Shown here: positions 10,745 through 20,676 of the stretch, in pieces | How the letters are laid out: each line of letters starts with the position of its first letter | Numbering within the stretch: the stretch's first letter is position 1 | Source: an uncultured virus (IMG/VR IMGVR_UViG_3300008954_000034) | Lineage: Duplodnaviria; Heunggongvirae; Uroviricota; Caudoviricetes | IMG/VR virus record: IMGVR_UViG_3300008954_000034 | Coordinates: 1 to 64,000 of that record | DNA length: 64,000 nucleotides | Reading direction: 5' to 3' (one strand) | Position numbers and translations under genes: made by a program | Notes under the pieces: model-generated | Told to the model about the DNA's origin: nothing | Seen by the model: the letters and a program-made list of their open reading frames with translations, nothing else | Database searches by the model: none

Positions 10745-12279
10745 GTTACCGTACCAATTCGAATGGTCTCAGAGTTCTTCGGTTGGAAACTCGAAGTTAT
10801 CTCTGTTGAGTCAATTTCCAGAGTCCACGTGTCCATCCGGTCGACCCCGGCGACCTCAAGAGCAATGAGCAGAGTGTCGGTCCGATCCAGTCGCTCACCA
10901 AGTTTATGGTCATCGTACTTTCGACCCACTGATGTCTTTCCACCGGAGAGCATCTTCGTTATATCAGACTCAATCACGGTCTGAACCGCTGCCTTGGTAT
11001 ACTCAGAGAACACCGCAACGTCCCCGGTGATGTTCAAGTACAGAACATCGGCCTTTCTGATGTTGACATCGGCGGTGAGCAACTCATAGTCGGGTGAGTC
11101 CATTGTATTCTGCAGCGAAAGAATCCGGGAGTCGAAGGTGTACTCTACAATCAGATCTTCATCTTCAGTGGTTCCTACCTTCACCGTAACATCTACTGAT
11201 GATCGAGACTCAGTCGAACCAGAAACGGAAGAGGTAGAATCTAAGTTCGCGGTGTACGACAGTACACCGATAGACGAGCCAGAAACCCCGTTCACACTGA
11301 TTACAGGCTGTCTGGTCATGATGTAGTTGAACGGAGACCCGGTGGTGCCCGGATAGGGTCGAGCGCTTGACAAGGACGTCTGGAGGTTCGCGATGGCTTG
11401 CGCGTCCTTCATCTTCACCCGGTCAGTAACGGTTTCTGGCTGACTTGACACTGACACAAAGACATCAACAGGGGGTGGATCAGATCCCCGTGTGTTCAAC
11501 ACGTCTGTTTGCTTGGCAACGTATGCGTCCAGCACCCCCGGTTGTTTCATCAGGAAGCTGCGCAGGCCGGGCTTTGTGTCAAGTGACCATGCGGTCCACG
11601 CCAGCCGGGCGCGTGCGATAAGAGACTCGTCACTCTCTTCCGCCGTCCCATTTGAAATTGGGATAGGGTTAGAACATCCAACTGCCCCGACGATGTTATC
11701 TACAATGACAACAACCCGGTCGGTGGCCACGTTTCCAGAAGACCCAGCAACTACGGCCTCGCACATGATCTCGTAGTAGTACAGCCCCCTTACTGAGTCA
11801 AACTGAGGGTTAGTCCCAATTACGTCAGAAAGCGTCGAGTACACTATGGGGCTGGTGCCTCGGGTGGAAACACGAGTACCAGCGTCAATGTCCGTACCAC
11901 CACTACTCGGGAAGTAAACACGAACAGGGCCACGCGACTGCGTTGCTGCGTTACGGGTGATGTCCCAGTTACCAACAAGGTCGTCCAGCAGGGACGAGAT
12001 CAGATCTTCAACTTGCGCCACACTCGTGTACTGGAACAGAACCCTGATCTTTTCCTTGTATGACTCGTCGCTCAGGATATTTTCAATACCGGTCAGCGAC
12101 CGGGTCCGGTTTACAAAGTCGGCTAAGAGGAAAAGGTCCGCCCCGATCACACTCGCCGGGAATAGAGACAGATCATAAGTGACAGAGTGGTCCGCGAGGT
12201 TCAGATTCGAATTCAGATCTTGAACACTGGACCGGAGGTCACTTAGAATTGTGTCTCTGTCTTTTACTGGAATGGACAT
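10735..12279 (-). CDS. Baseplate J-like protein
   Basis: LDDLVGNWDITRNAAT, CEAVVAGSSGNV, GTAEESDESLIARAR motifs of Baseplate_J/gp47. Confidence 0.85.
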   Translation of the reverse strand: MSIPVKDRDTILSDLRSSVQDLNSNLNLADHSVTYDLSLFPASVIGADLFLLADFVNRTRSLTGIENILSDESYKEKIRVLFQYTSVAQVEDLISSLLDDLVGNWDITRNAATQSRGPVRVYFPSSGGTDIDAGTRVSTRGTSPIVYSTLSDVIGTNPQFDSVRGLYYYEIMCEAVVAGSSGNVATDRVVVIVDNIVGAVGCSNPIPISNGTAEESDESLIARARLAWTAWSLDTKPGLRSFLMKQPGVLDAYVAKQTDVLNTRGSDPPPVDVFVSVSSQPETVTDRVKMKDAQAIANLQTSLSSARPYPGTTGSPFNYIMTRQPVISVNGVSGSSIGVLSYTANLDSTSSVSGSTESRSSVDVTVKVGTTEDEDLIVEYTFDSRILSLQNTMDSPDYELLTADVNIRKADVLYLNITGDVAVFSEYTKAAVQTVIESDITKMLSGGKTSVGRKYDDHKLGERLDRTDTLLIALEVAGVDRMDTWTLEIDSTEITSSFQPKNSETIRIGTVTWL

Positions 12280-12281
12280 CT

Positions 12282-12740
12282 CTACCTCACATTCTTCAGC
12301 GCGGCTACCGACTGTGTTACCTCAGAGTTCTGGGTTACAAACCCCAGTTCAACTGAAGTTCTGGTCTGGCTGACACGACGTACATGCGCAATATGTAAAT
12401 CGGTGATAACCCGTGATCCCTTAAAGATCTTCGGGAAGTTTCGGTGCTGGGCGGCGTGAATCTGCACCAGTCTCCGAATCGACTGCATCACCGTGTACGG
12501 AATCATGGATCGAACAACCGCAGTACTCTTACTCCCTACAATTCGACGTATGAGAGTTCCATAACCATCAGACGTACGAGACGCAAACATTGCCTTGAGC
12601 ACGTCCTGCTCAGCGGCTTCATTCTCTGAGATGGTGACCGGGTCTCCCCCGGGATTAAGCTCCAGCGTCATCGCCCCATTTGTAAATGGGTCTCCGCTGA
12701 CCTCGCGGGGGACCAGCTTTGGATCAATCATCTGTGCCAT
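12282..12740 (-). CDS. Baseplate wedge gp25/GPW-like protein
   Basis: Size, QDVLKAM...YGTLIRRIVG motif, and position upstream of J. Confidence 0.6.
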   Translation of the reverse strand: MAQMIDPKLVPREVSGDPFTNGAMTLELNPGGDPVTISENEAAEQDVLKAMFASRTSDGYGTLIRRIVGSKSTAVVRSMIPYTVMQSIRRLVQIHAAQHRNFPKIFKGSRVITDLHIAHVRRVSQTRTSVELGFVTQNSEVTQSVAALKNVR

Positions 12741-13060
12741 TAAAGTACCTCACCTGTAACAACGACGGGGTTTGGTGGCCCCAACTGTGAGATCTGCCCC
12801 GGCACAATCGTTACCTGTACAAGTCCAGACTTGATGTATGTTTCAGTTACCGCAGCAATTGCCTGAGCTATACCAAGTGTAAACTGGTCTGCGCGTGCGT
12901 TAGCTGCGTCAATTGCGTCTTGGTGTGCCCCGGGGTTGGGATCTCCCTCAGCACTTCCTACAAATGACTGTGCGTTAATCCCTTCGCCGCTGTAGGTACG
13001 AACTGGCTGGCGCAGAGCCTCAACAAGTGCGTCTTGATAAGCAGTAGTTTCTAATGGCAT
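12740..13060 (-). CDS. Small baseplate/spike-tip-position protein
   Basis: Between the spike and gp25-like genes; IAQAIAAVTETYIKSGLV. Confidence 0.45.
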   Translation of the reverse strand: MPLETTAYQDALVEALRQPVRTYSGEGINAQSFVGSAEGDPNPGAHQDAIDAANARADQFTLGIAQAIAAVTETYIKSGLVQVTIVPGQISQLGPPNPVVVTGEVL

Positions 13061-13063
13061 AAC

Positions 13064-14143
13064 TCACTCCACCTTCGATGTTCCGGACAACACTTCATCC
13101 AAACTACGCTGCAGCTGGCGAAGGCTGGCTGTGTTCATTGGTGGTCCACTCGTCGGCCCGGCACCTGCAACCGGCTGTCGCATTCCAATGATCAGATCAA
13201 TGAGACTCTCCAGCTTAGCGACCAGCGTATCGCCCATAACCGCCCACTCTTCTGCGGCCCGACCAAGGTATATCTCCGCCGCGTCGATGATGATCTTACC
13301 AGCTTCAACATCGACTTCCACCGTCGTTACAGGCTCAGCCCCTTCCCCGGGAGCTCTACCGAACCACCCCTTCTTAAACTGTAGGGCTATCTTTCCCGAC
13401 TGTGTGATGTTGATCAGGGTAACTGGGTCCGATTCCTCGTCTGGGGCCACGTGAACCTGAACAACTACGTAGTCACCCGCACCGGCCCCTGCGTCAATAT
13501 CGTTGAAGTCATTAACAGCATCATCTTCGTCGTTCGCCGGGTTTCCAAAGGTCATCCGAGTGAAGGCACCGTTACCATCACGATAGTGCCTCGACTCAAT
13601 GATCAGTCGTCCCTTATAATCATAGTAGACACGGGCACCCTTTCCGGACTCCTTGTTCCACTCTCCAACACCATGCCACGTCATCGGGTCAGATCGAATT
13701 GACGACTGGTTCAGAACCTCCCCGGGTCGAAGCTCAGGTAAAATCCCAGCCTCAATCAGCCGTCGAATACTCCGCCATCGTGTAAATCCACCAACCACGA
13801 GTGGGGCAAGGTCCACTCCGACGTAAACAACCAGCGCCATCTGATTAACCATTGGAATCGATCCTGAGAACCCGAAATGGTTAATCGCCGAGAACAGGTA
13901 TGGAACGTTTCTCAGTGTCCCTTCCCGGGTCATCAAAAGTACTTCTACAGTAAACGATGTCCCTGACGCCACAGCGTCGAACTCCGTCGACTCTTCGCCC
14001 TTCTCGTCGATACCGGGATCAACATCGACCACGCGCTCGACCTTGGTAATAACACCCCAGTCGAACGTCGACTTGCCCGGCATCAGCCCGGCATTCCGCT
14101 TAGTAAGCGGGAGTTTAAGTGGTGATCCGGAAGGAATAGTCAT
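13064..14143 (-). CDS. Baseplate central spike (gpV/gp5/gp45-like)
   Basis: N-terminal OB-fold-like segment (IPMVNQMALVVY) and C-terminal IYLG...AVMGDTL...GPTSGPP.N. Start probably MTIPSG (ATGA overlap). Confidence 0.65.
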   Translation of the reverse strand: MTIPSGSPLKLPLTKRNAGLMPGKSTFDWGVITKVERVVDVDPGIDEKGEESTEFDAVASGTSFTVEVLLMTREGTLRNVPYLFSAINHFGFSGSIPMVNQMALVVYVGVDLAPLVVGGFTRWRSIRRLIEAGILPELRPGEVLNQSSIRSDPMTWHGVGEWNKESGKGARVYYDYKGRLIIESRHYRDGNGAFTRMTFGNPANDEDDAVNDFNDIDAGAGAGDYVVVQVHVAPDEESDPVTLINITQSGKIALQFKKGWFGRAPGEGAEPVTTVEVDVEAGKIIIDAAEIYLGRAAEEWAVMGDTLVAKLESLIDLIIGMRQPVAGAGPTSGPPMNTASLRQLQRSLDEVLSGTSKVE

Positions 14144-15738
14144 GCAGCCAGAATCTCCTCCCATGGATAAACCAACTCTTCACCAACACTATGTGCATAA
14201 CGGCACGTAATAGTTGTTGATGTTCCATTTGATGGTGTTGTGGTCTGTCCGATATCAGTAATCAACCCCACCTGCGCTCGTGGAATATATACGAAGTTCC
14301 GATTGAGCCGCAGGTCCGGTCTATTCTCCAGTGACACTGAAAACGCGTGGGCCTGCGCGTTCATTTGAGTCCGTGCGGCCTTGGCAAACGCGTCGAGAAC
14401 AGTCAGATCTGATGAGAGATCGTACTCCATTAGAAGGTTAGGAAGATTGACTTCTCGCAGCCCCAAGTGCAGCAACTCCCGTTCGTCGGCGACGTCGATC
14501 CCAGTCCGATTCAATAGGGTGAGATCGTTATTCAGATCTAGCGCTGGGTTATGCATTGACTGCTGCACAGTCAGTCGAGTCGAAGCGATCTGGGACTCAT
14601 CAAACGTGTACTTGAACTCTTTATATGACGCATCCCTGTTACTGAGATAGTAGTTCAAGCCGTGGTCCCATGTACCATCCAACCCCTGCACCAGACCATC
14701 TTTATCAGCTGATGGGAACCCGCCGTACCGTGGATACTCATGGCGAAGGGTACCTACCTGATCCACATAGATAAGTGACATCGTTGTTTGTGCGATTCGA
14801 TTCAAGATGGACAGGGCGGGCTCTGAGTCGACCTTATACAGTTCGAATCTGCTCCTGAGGATGAGCTGGTAAACCCGCCCCGTATCCGTGAAGATGTCGT
14901 CGTAGTAGGCCCGGAACAGGGGATTGTTGTAGAACGCACTCCATGGTGGGCTGTCCTGCGAACGATTCTCTTGCCATCCTTCTAAAATATGCCTGTCGTC
15001 GTTACGGGAGTCGTACATCTTGAACAAGTCAAGCTCCACCGCAACGTTATGATTACCGTCTGGATTTACGTAAGACCAGAATGGACTAGTACTTTCACCG
15101 CCAATGTTCAAGACGGTATTCATCTTCTCTACGATAGCCTTGTACAGGTTCGCGGGGTTGGACGTTGCGAAGATGTTATCGTAGGCAAGCGACTGATCCT
15201 GAGTTCTTGTGAGCAGGGTGTCATAGCGGTCGCGCTCGGACAGGTTGCGAAGGCCAATAACAATCGGAGCAAACTGCATCACCCGCCTGAAGTCCTTTGC
15301 AGAAATCACAAGGGCTGGGTCCATGCCCGGTCGGTCAGTGTCAGTGTATCCTGTAACAATACCTGAGAACCCGGGGTACCAAACTCCGTCCCTCCCCTTG
15401 TAATCCACCCAAATGAAGTCCATCGCATAGGTGAATGGAAACAGGATACTGTCAGACAGATCGTCGTAGCTATCGGGGGTCTTCATTAACGCAATAGCAC
15501 GCTTCAACTCAGCGATCTGGTCTGACTCAACTGACTCAGACGCAGCCCGTTGTATTCCCTTGAAATAAATGAAGTTCTTGTTCTTGAGAATCACAGTGGC
15601 GCTGCCCGTCCCAGATACAGATACACTTGACGTGACGCTTTCGTAAGCGCCAACGTGGATGATCTCCTTCCGGGTAAAGTCCGACCGGTCGGTTACAACC
15701 AGTGTGATCCGGGCCTCAGCGCGAGAGTCAAGCACCAT
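14140..15738 (-). CDS. Baseplate hub protein (gp27/gp44-like)
   Basis: FSGIVTGYTD, IYVDQVGTLR, NRPDLRLNR motifs; synteny. Confidence 0.6.
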   Translation of the reverse strand: MVLDSRAEARITLVVTDRSDFTRKEIIHVGAYESVTSSVSVSGTGSATVILKNKNFIYFKGIQRAASESVESDQIAELKRAIALMKTPDSYDDLSDSILFPFTYAMDFIWVDYKGRDGVWYPGFSGIVTGYTDTDRPGMDPALVISAKDFRRVMQFAPIVIGLRNLSERDRYDTLLTRTQDQSLAYDNIFATSNPANLYKAIVEKMNTVLNIGGESTSPFWSYVNPDGNHNVAVELDLFKMYDSRNDDRHILEGWQENRSQDSPPWSAFYNNPLFRAYYDDIFTDTGRVYQLILRSRFELYKVDSEPALSILNRIAQTTMSLIYVDQVGTLRHEYPRYGGFPSADKDGLVQGLDGTWDHGLNYYLSNRDASYKEFKYTFDESQIASTRLTVQQSMHNPALDLNNDLTLLNRTGIDVADERELLHLGLREVNLPNLLMEYDLSSDLTVLDAFAKAARTQMNAQAHAFSVSLENRPDLRLNRNFVYIPRAQVGLITDIGQTTTPSNGTSTTITCRYAHSVGEELVYPWEEILAA

Positions 15739-16543
15739 GCACCTCCTCAAAAACATCGATGCTTGTCAGCTGCGGAAGAGTTGGTACGTTCAACACAATA
15801 TCGGTTACTGGTCGGATTTCCTCAAATGCCTTTACTACCCACCCGTCCATAATAGACCATTTCATATTCGGGTACATTGAGGTCTGGAACTGGTAGTTGA
15901 TCAGCCATGGGTTGTTGGCGTCCATGCTGTAGGAAAAGCTATCCAGCCTCCCAACAAACGTGTCGTACTCGAACACGAAAAGTAGATCTCCGTCCTGCTC
16001 AAGAAAGAATCTCTCGAACATTGCAAGGGCGTGCCACGCCACGGAAAGCTGCGGTGCTCGAATAAGATCAATTCCCGGGGTAGAGAACGGTGGATACATG
16101 TTACCCATCGTACCGGAATACGAGAACGTGGTGAGCTGGTTTCCATGGGTCTGCTGGACGTTTCCCCTACCAGTCAGCTTATTATCACGGATCTTCCCGA
16201 ACTTCTTATCCAGTTTCGACGGGTTAATTCTGAAGGTATAGTACTTGTCTATGTCATTTGCAATCTGCTGCTGAACAAGAAGCTGTGCAGCCTGAAAGAG
16301 CGTAGCTTCAATTTCGGCAGCGGCGTTTGTATTAGCAGATCCGATAACGCCGTGCTGCTGTAGTATATTTTTAAACTCCTCTGCGAACAGCACCCCCGCA
16401 CGAGCGAGAGTCGACTTGACAATCGCATACACTATCTCTGACGCCAACTCGAACGCCCGTGGGTTGATTACGGTCATTGTTGTAGCAGTACCAAGGCTAC
16501 TGGCAGCCTGCCCAAGTACACCACCTAGTGAAAGGTTAGGCAT
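15728..16543 (-). CDS. Tail tube initiator / distal tail-like protein
   Basis: FRINPSKL...FSYSGTMG...FVGRLDSFSYSMDANNPW..YQF; directly after the tape measure gene. Confidence 0.6.
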   Translation of the reverse strand: MPNLSLGGVLGQAASSLGTATTMTVINPRAFELASEIVYAIVKSTLARAGVLFAEEFKNILQQHGVIGSANTNAAAEIEATLFQAAQLLVQQQIANDIDKYYTFRINPSKLDKKFGKIRDNKLTGRGNVQQTHGNQLTTFSYSGTMGNMYPPFSTPGIDLIRAPQLSVAWHALAMFERFFLEQDGDLLFVFEYDTFVGRLDSFSYSMDANNPWLINYQFQTSMYPNMKWSIMDGWVVKAFEEIRPVTDIVLNVPTLPQLTSIDVFEEVHGA

Positions 16544-19170
16544 TATCGACTCCCGTTATCAAAGTACCCGGTCTCATGCAACTGATTAATAACGTCAGCA
16601 ACGACGCCTTGAAAGTGTGCCCCGAGCTCTTCCTCTATCCTATCCCGAGTAAGTAATGGTGTACCTTGCTCATTTCTAATGCTCACACTGGTATCGCCAA
16701 CTTGAATCTGAACCCCGGGTCGACTGGGATCTACGTCTAGAATGGGTTGGTTCATCAGTGAGTCTAAGATACTGGTAATCACCTCTGGCCCAGCAAGGTT
16801 ATACGATTCAGATAGAGCACGTTGTCGATTTAACATGGCTACGTACTGCGGCCCGGTTGTAAAAGCACCCGTCCCCTCTTCCCACACTGTGTCAGGCCGG
16901 TGACGGATCTGCGCAAGATCTATGAATCTTCCGATCTCATCAGACGAAAGTTCTGTACGACCTTCTTCAATTAGATAGTCACCGTAGATTTGTATCAACT
17001 GTCGAATTCGGTCGGGTCGGATTGTTTCATTCTGCATAGCCTCTGCAATACCGGCAAATAGACTAGATGTGGGAACCATCGTCGGATCAGCACCGGGAGC
17101 CCTGTTCTCTACAAGTGGAATAGTGCTGCCAAGCCCGTATTGCAGTGAACCAAATACCTGACTACCAGCCATTGTCCGACCGAGACTCGCTATTTCACTT
17201 TCACCCTCATTAAATGCTCGAGCAAAGCTGACCGCAACTTGATCAACACTATCCCGCCAAAAGGCACTTATACCATCTTTAACTCTGGACGCCATAGACT
17301 GATTCATTTCCAACATGGCTTCTGCTGTTTTCTTTACCTCTTCGTACGTTGACGTCGGCTGCGCAGCTTCAGCTGCCTTGTCCGCTGATATTCCGTCGCG
17401 AGCTTCTTCAAACCGACCCTGCTCAATGGCACGAATCATCTCGTTCTGGGTCGCCAAGGTTCGACCAAGGTCGATGCCAAACATACTCTGCATCACCTCG
17501 ACCACCATCTGCCCACCAGCTGCGCCAAGTCCCATCTCACCAAGAATCTCACGCGAGATGGCAAGTGCGCCCTGCATAAGCTGGCTGTTCAGACCTTCGA
17601 ATTGCTCACGGAGCGCACCAGAAGATAGGTCGAAGTAACGTCCAAGAATCTGACGCTGTTGCCCCGTTGCCCCACGAATGGACTCAGTCGATATTTCCCC
17701 TGACTGAATACCGCGCAGCAACGTTTCCTGTTGAAGTGGGTCACCAAACGAAGCCACGTCCTGACGGAACCCAGCATCCACCCCACCCATCTGTGGTAGA
17801 TATGTTGACAGAGCCAGTCGCTGAGACTGGTTGGCCTCCGCCAGTGAGGTCTGAAGCCTGACCAAGTCCCCGATGGCAAGCACACCACTCTGCAGCTCCC
17901 GCGCAAACTCAGTGACGAGTCGACGGGAGTCTTCCAGTTCATAACCGTAGATACGTGTCTGTTCCTGAAGCTGAAACGTCCACTTGGTGAGATCTTGGAA
18001 TGAAACTCGGACTTCATGGGCGGCGTCAACAAGGTCAAGAACTGCGTCGTTGAGAAGCTCCTGACGGACTTCGAAGTCACGGAACAGCTTAACGTACACC
18101 TGTGCTATTTCTGCCGGGCTTACACCTGTGCCCACGCCGGTGAATATAGCTTCTTCTGTTATTCCTGCGATGTCACGCTGTGAAAAGCCACCGGGGGCAA
18201 GTGCCCGGGCAACGGTGGGTACAATCCGCTGGTCGAGCGCATCGCCGAAGTTGCGAAGCATCTCGTTATGCAGCTGAACAAGCTGTCCAGTCCCCTGACC
18301 TACAATAACACCCGGGGCAAGATCGCCCATACTGGCAGCGATATCGAGGAAGTTAGCCCGAATGGCCCGGAGTTCTTCATTAGCCTGAACGAGCCTTTCG
18401 ACTACATGCCCAAGTGAAAAGGCAATACCACCCACACCTAAAATACGAAGAAGAGACTTCGATGCTCCTTTAAATTGAGAACCGGCCATCACCCACAGTT
18501 GTGCAACCTCCGCACCACCACCAGCTGCCTGTGCGGCCACGCCAGTTCCTTCAGCAGTAGATTTACCAGCCTGCGCTAAGTTACGAAGAGTCTCAAGTCT
18601 GTCCTTGTTTGAGTCAGATTCCTCGTTCCACGCCTCCCGTTGAATTTCAATCAAGCGTTGCCGCCCTTCTTGAATCCGAGATTCTGCTACCTCACGTGCT
18701 TGACTAATTTCCTGCTCACGAGCGGCAATCTTGTCGATGTCACCTTCTCGACTTCCTCCGTCAGCAGCCGCACGGGCCTGCGCAACTTCATCTTCCTGTC
18801 GCTTGAGTTCTTCGAGTTCCTGAAGGTTCTGGCTATGCTTAGCTGTGACTTCCTTGGCCTCTTCCTTGAGCATTTGGATCTTACGCTCGTGGACGGCCTG
18901 ACGCTCAGCAAACTCCATCGCAATGCGCTCACGCTCTTCCCGACCAACGTCCTCCTGCTTTATACGAAGAGAGTCCAGTAACCGCTCCTGCGCCTCGATC
19001 TGCTTTTGATACTCGTCAACAGACATATGAGCAAGGTCGCGAGCCATGGTCATGGACTTCTGCATTTCCTTGGCACGGAGCTCGTCCATCGGACGGATAA
19101 GCTGCTCTTCTACAGACTGAGCAGCACCGTCAGCATCAATGGATATTCGTGTCCGCAGCTCGCTGGGCAT
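16543..19170 (-). CDS. Tape measure protein
   Basis: 875 aa, helical/coiled-coil, Ala/Gly-rich; downstream of the tail chaperones. Confidence 0.75.
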   Translation of the reverse strand: MPSELRTRISIDADGAAQSVEEQLIRPMDELRAKEMQKSMTMARDLAHMSVDEYQKQIEAQERLLDSLRIKQEDVGREERERIAMEFAERQAVHERKIQMLKEEAKEVTAKHSQNLQELEELKRQEDEVAQARAAADGGSREGDIDKIAAREQEISQAREVAESRIQEGRQRLIEIQREAWNEESDSNKDRLETLRNLAQAGKSTAEGTGVAAQAAGGGAEVAQLWVMAGSQFKGASKSLLRILGVGGIAFSLGHVVERLVQANEELRAIRANFLDIAASMGDLAPGVIVGQGTGQLVQLHNEMLRNFGDALDQRIVPTVARALAPGGFSQRDIAGITEEAIFTGVGTGVSPAEIAQVYVKLFRDFEVRQELLNDAVLDLVDAAHEVRVSFQDLTKWTFQLQEQTRIYGYELEDSRRLVTEFARELQSGVLAIGDLVRLQTSLAEANQSQRLALSTYLPQMGGVDAGFRQDVASFGDPLQQETLLRGIQSGEISTESIRGATGQQRQILGRYFDLSSGALREQFEGLNSQLMQGALAISREILGEMGLGAAGGQMVVEVMQSMFGIDLGRTLATQNEMIRAIEQGRFEEARDGISADKAAEAAQPTSTYEEVKKTAEAMLEMNQSMASRVKDGISAFWRDSVDQVAVSFARAFNEGESEIASLGRTMAGSQVFGSLQYGLGSTIPLVENRAPGADPTMVPTSSLFAGIAEAMQNETIRPDRIRQLIQIYGDYLIEEGRTELSSDEIGRFIDLAQIRHRPDTVWEEGTGAFTTGPQYVAMLNRQRALSESYNLAGPEVITSILDSLMNQPILDVDPSRPGVQIQVGDTSVSIRNEQGTPLLTRDRIEEELGAHFQGVVADVINQLHETGYFDNGSR

Positions 19171-19510
19171 CGCTTTCCTCTAACCCACCGGGAATAACAT
19201 CGTCAAACCCGGTATTTGGCTTATTTTCCTTGAGCTTTGCTAGAATCTCAGGGCCGTAGTCCTCTGGTTTCTTTGGAGTTTCGTTCTCACGGCCTGTGAC
19301 CTGCTGCCTTGTTACACCCTCACCAAACCGCGCATCTTGCATCTTCTTCCACCCCTCTGGGTTGGTAAATGCACAAATGCGGTCAGTTGCGTTATCAATG
19401 AGATCATGCTTTTCAATGCGATCCCATGATGCATTGTTTGCAAACCACAATGACAGCACAGGATGGTCAAGTAGCCCAGACATACTCTGTTGATGCGAAC
19501 GCCCGAACAT
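19136..19510 (-). CDS. Tail assembly chaperone C-terminal part (GT-like), reached by -1 frameshift
   Basis: The -1 frame from A AAA AAA (19618-19624) is open without stops into this ORF. Confidence 0.7.
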   Translation of the reverse strand: MFGRSHQQSMSGLLDHPVLSLWFANNASWDRIEKHDLIDNATDRICAFTNPEGWKKMQDARFGEGVTRQQVTGRENETPKKPEDYGPEILAKLKENKPNTGFDDVIPGGLEESDAQRAADTNIH

Positions 19511-19527
19511 GGTGGAGCCGGTCTGGA

Positions 19528-20043
19528 TTAGCTCCCACCATCCTCGCCAGACGTAGAACTTGAGGGGGTATGGATATCCTCCTCTGGAAGATCTGGCTCT
19601 TCCTGCGTCCGCGAAGATTTTTTTATCTCATCGATCCTCGCATCGTAGTCCCGGTCACGTTTGCTCTCAATCTTTAGATACTCATCGTACAGATAACTGA
19701 CCAACCGAGGCTGCTTTGATAGAATCCGACGCAGATGAGCACGTCGTGCCCGGTGCTCTGCCTCGTCGGACGAGACCATTGTCTTCCAGTCGTCAATACT
19801 AACAACAGCCCGGACAACCGTCTCAAATCTGGTCTCAAGCTCTCGGGCCACATAGTCGTTTGGGGAAATACGTCGTCCGATCTCAATCTGCATCAGACGA
19901 GTCTCATCCTCCCAAAGCAAGCCAAGGGTCACACGATGTGTGCGACCCTCATGACCCGGCACCTCGACCGTGGTTTCGTACTGAAAACCCCGGATCATAT
20001 CTTCAATCTCCGGGGGTGGACTTACATGTTCCTGCTCATTCAT
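19528..20043 (-). CDS. Tail assembly chaperone (gpG-like)
   Basis: Between tube and tape measure; contains the slippery sequence ATA AAA AAA TCT. Confidence 0.75.
   Translation of the reverse strand: MNEQEHVSPPPEIEDMIRGFQYETTVEVPGHEGRTHRVTLGLLWEDETRLMQIEIGRRISPNDYVARELETRFETVVRAVVSIDDWKTMVSSDEAEHRARRAHLRRILSKQPRLVSYLYDEYLKIESKRDRDYDARIDEIKKSSRTQEEPDLPEEDIHTPSSSTSGEDGGS
19618..19624 (-). other. Programmed -1 ribosomal frameshift site (A AAA AAA)
   Basis: X XXY YYZ heptamer correctly phased in the chaperone ORF. Confidence 0.75.
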
Positions 20044-20105
20044 TGGCGCACCTCGCGCACGTGTGAGTCTATGTTGCCGCCACCTTGGCGATTCTCAGTG
20101 TGGAA

Positions 20106-20612
20106 TTAGTCAACCCAGCCCGGTGTAATGTTACACGATTCAACGATGGTCGCCGTACCGATGTTAACCGGCTTCGACCGTGACGTCAGCCAGCACTCAT
20201 GATAGACTGTTTGAGTTACTTCCTGCGTCGCTGGGTGGGTTTCCTTCACAATGAGACTGAACGGAATCTTCTGTTCCTCAAGCGTACGCATCTTCTTAGC
20301 AGTCGTTTCACCGCCGATACGCTGAACAACCGATCCATCGTTCTGTTTGTTGTAGATCGCAAACCCATTCACACTGAGTGTAAGGTTTCCGGGCTGCGGA
20401 GCCTGCTCAACAATTCGACCGGCGTCTTCAGAGTTCAAGTGGCGAACCGGCTGTGTTGGTCGATTCTCACTCTGGTTGATTGACTGGACGTAACCGATCT
20501 GGTTACCACTGTCATCAACAACATCAATCGACGTTGAGATTACGGTCCGGTGGGCTTCTGGAAGCCCGACGCCCGCATCGGGGTTCTGTGCGTTTTCAAC
20601 TAATCCGGCCAT
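20106..20612 (-). CDS. Tail tube protein
   Basis: 168 aa directly after the sheath; IGYVQSI, YHECWLTS motifs. Confidence 0.8.
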   Translation of the reverse strand: MAGLVENAQNPDAGVGLPEAHRTVISTSIDVVDDSGNQIGYVQSINQSENRPTQPVRHLNSEDAGRIVEQAPQPGNLTLSVNGFAIYNKQNDGSVVQRIGGETTAKKMRTLEEQKIPFSLIVKETHPATQEVTQTVYHECWLTSRSKPVNIGTATIVESCNITPGWVD

Positions 20613-20636
20613 GTGACTAGCTCCTTATTCAGCATC

Positions 20637-20662
20637 CGGCTGGTCATTCAAGCGACCAGCCG
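20637..20662 (-). other. Intergenic hairpin between sheath and tube genes
   Basis: CGGCTGGTC-N8-GACCAGCCG perfect 9-bp stem with no U-tract; possibly an mRNA stability or processing element. Confidence 0.4.
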
Positions 20663-20676
20663 CTCACCATTGTTTC

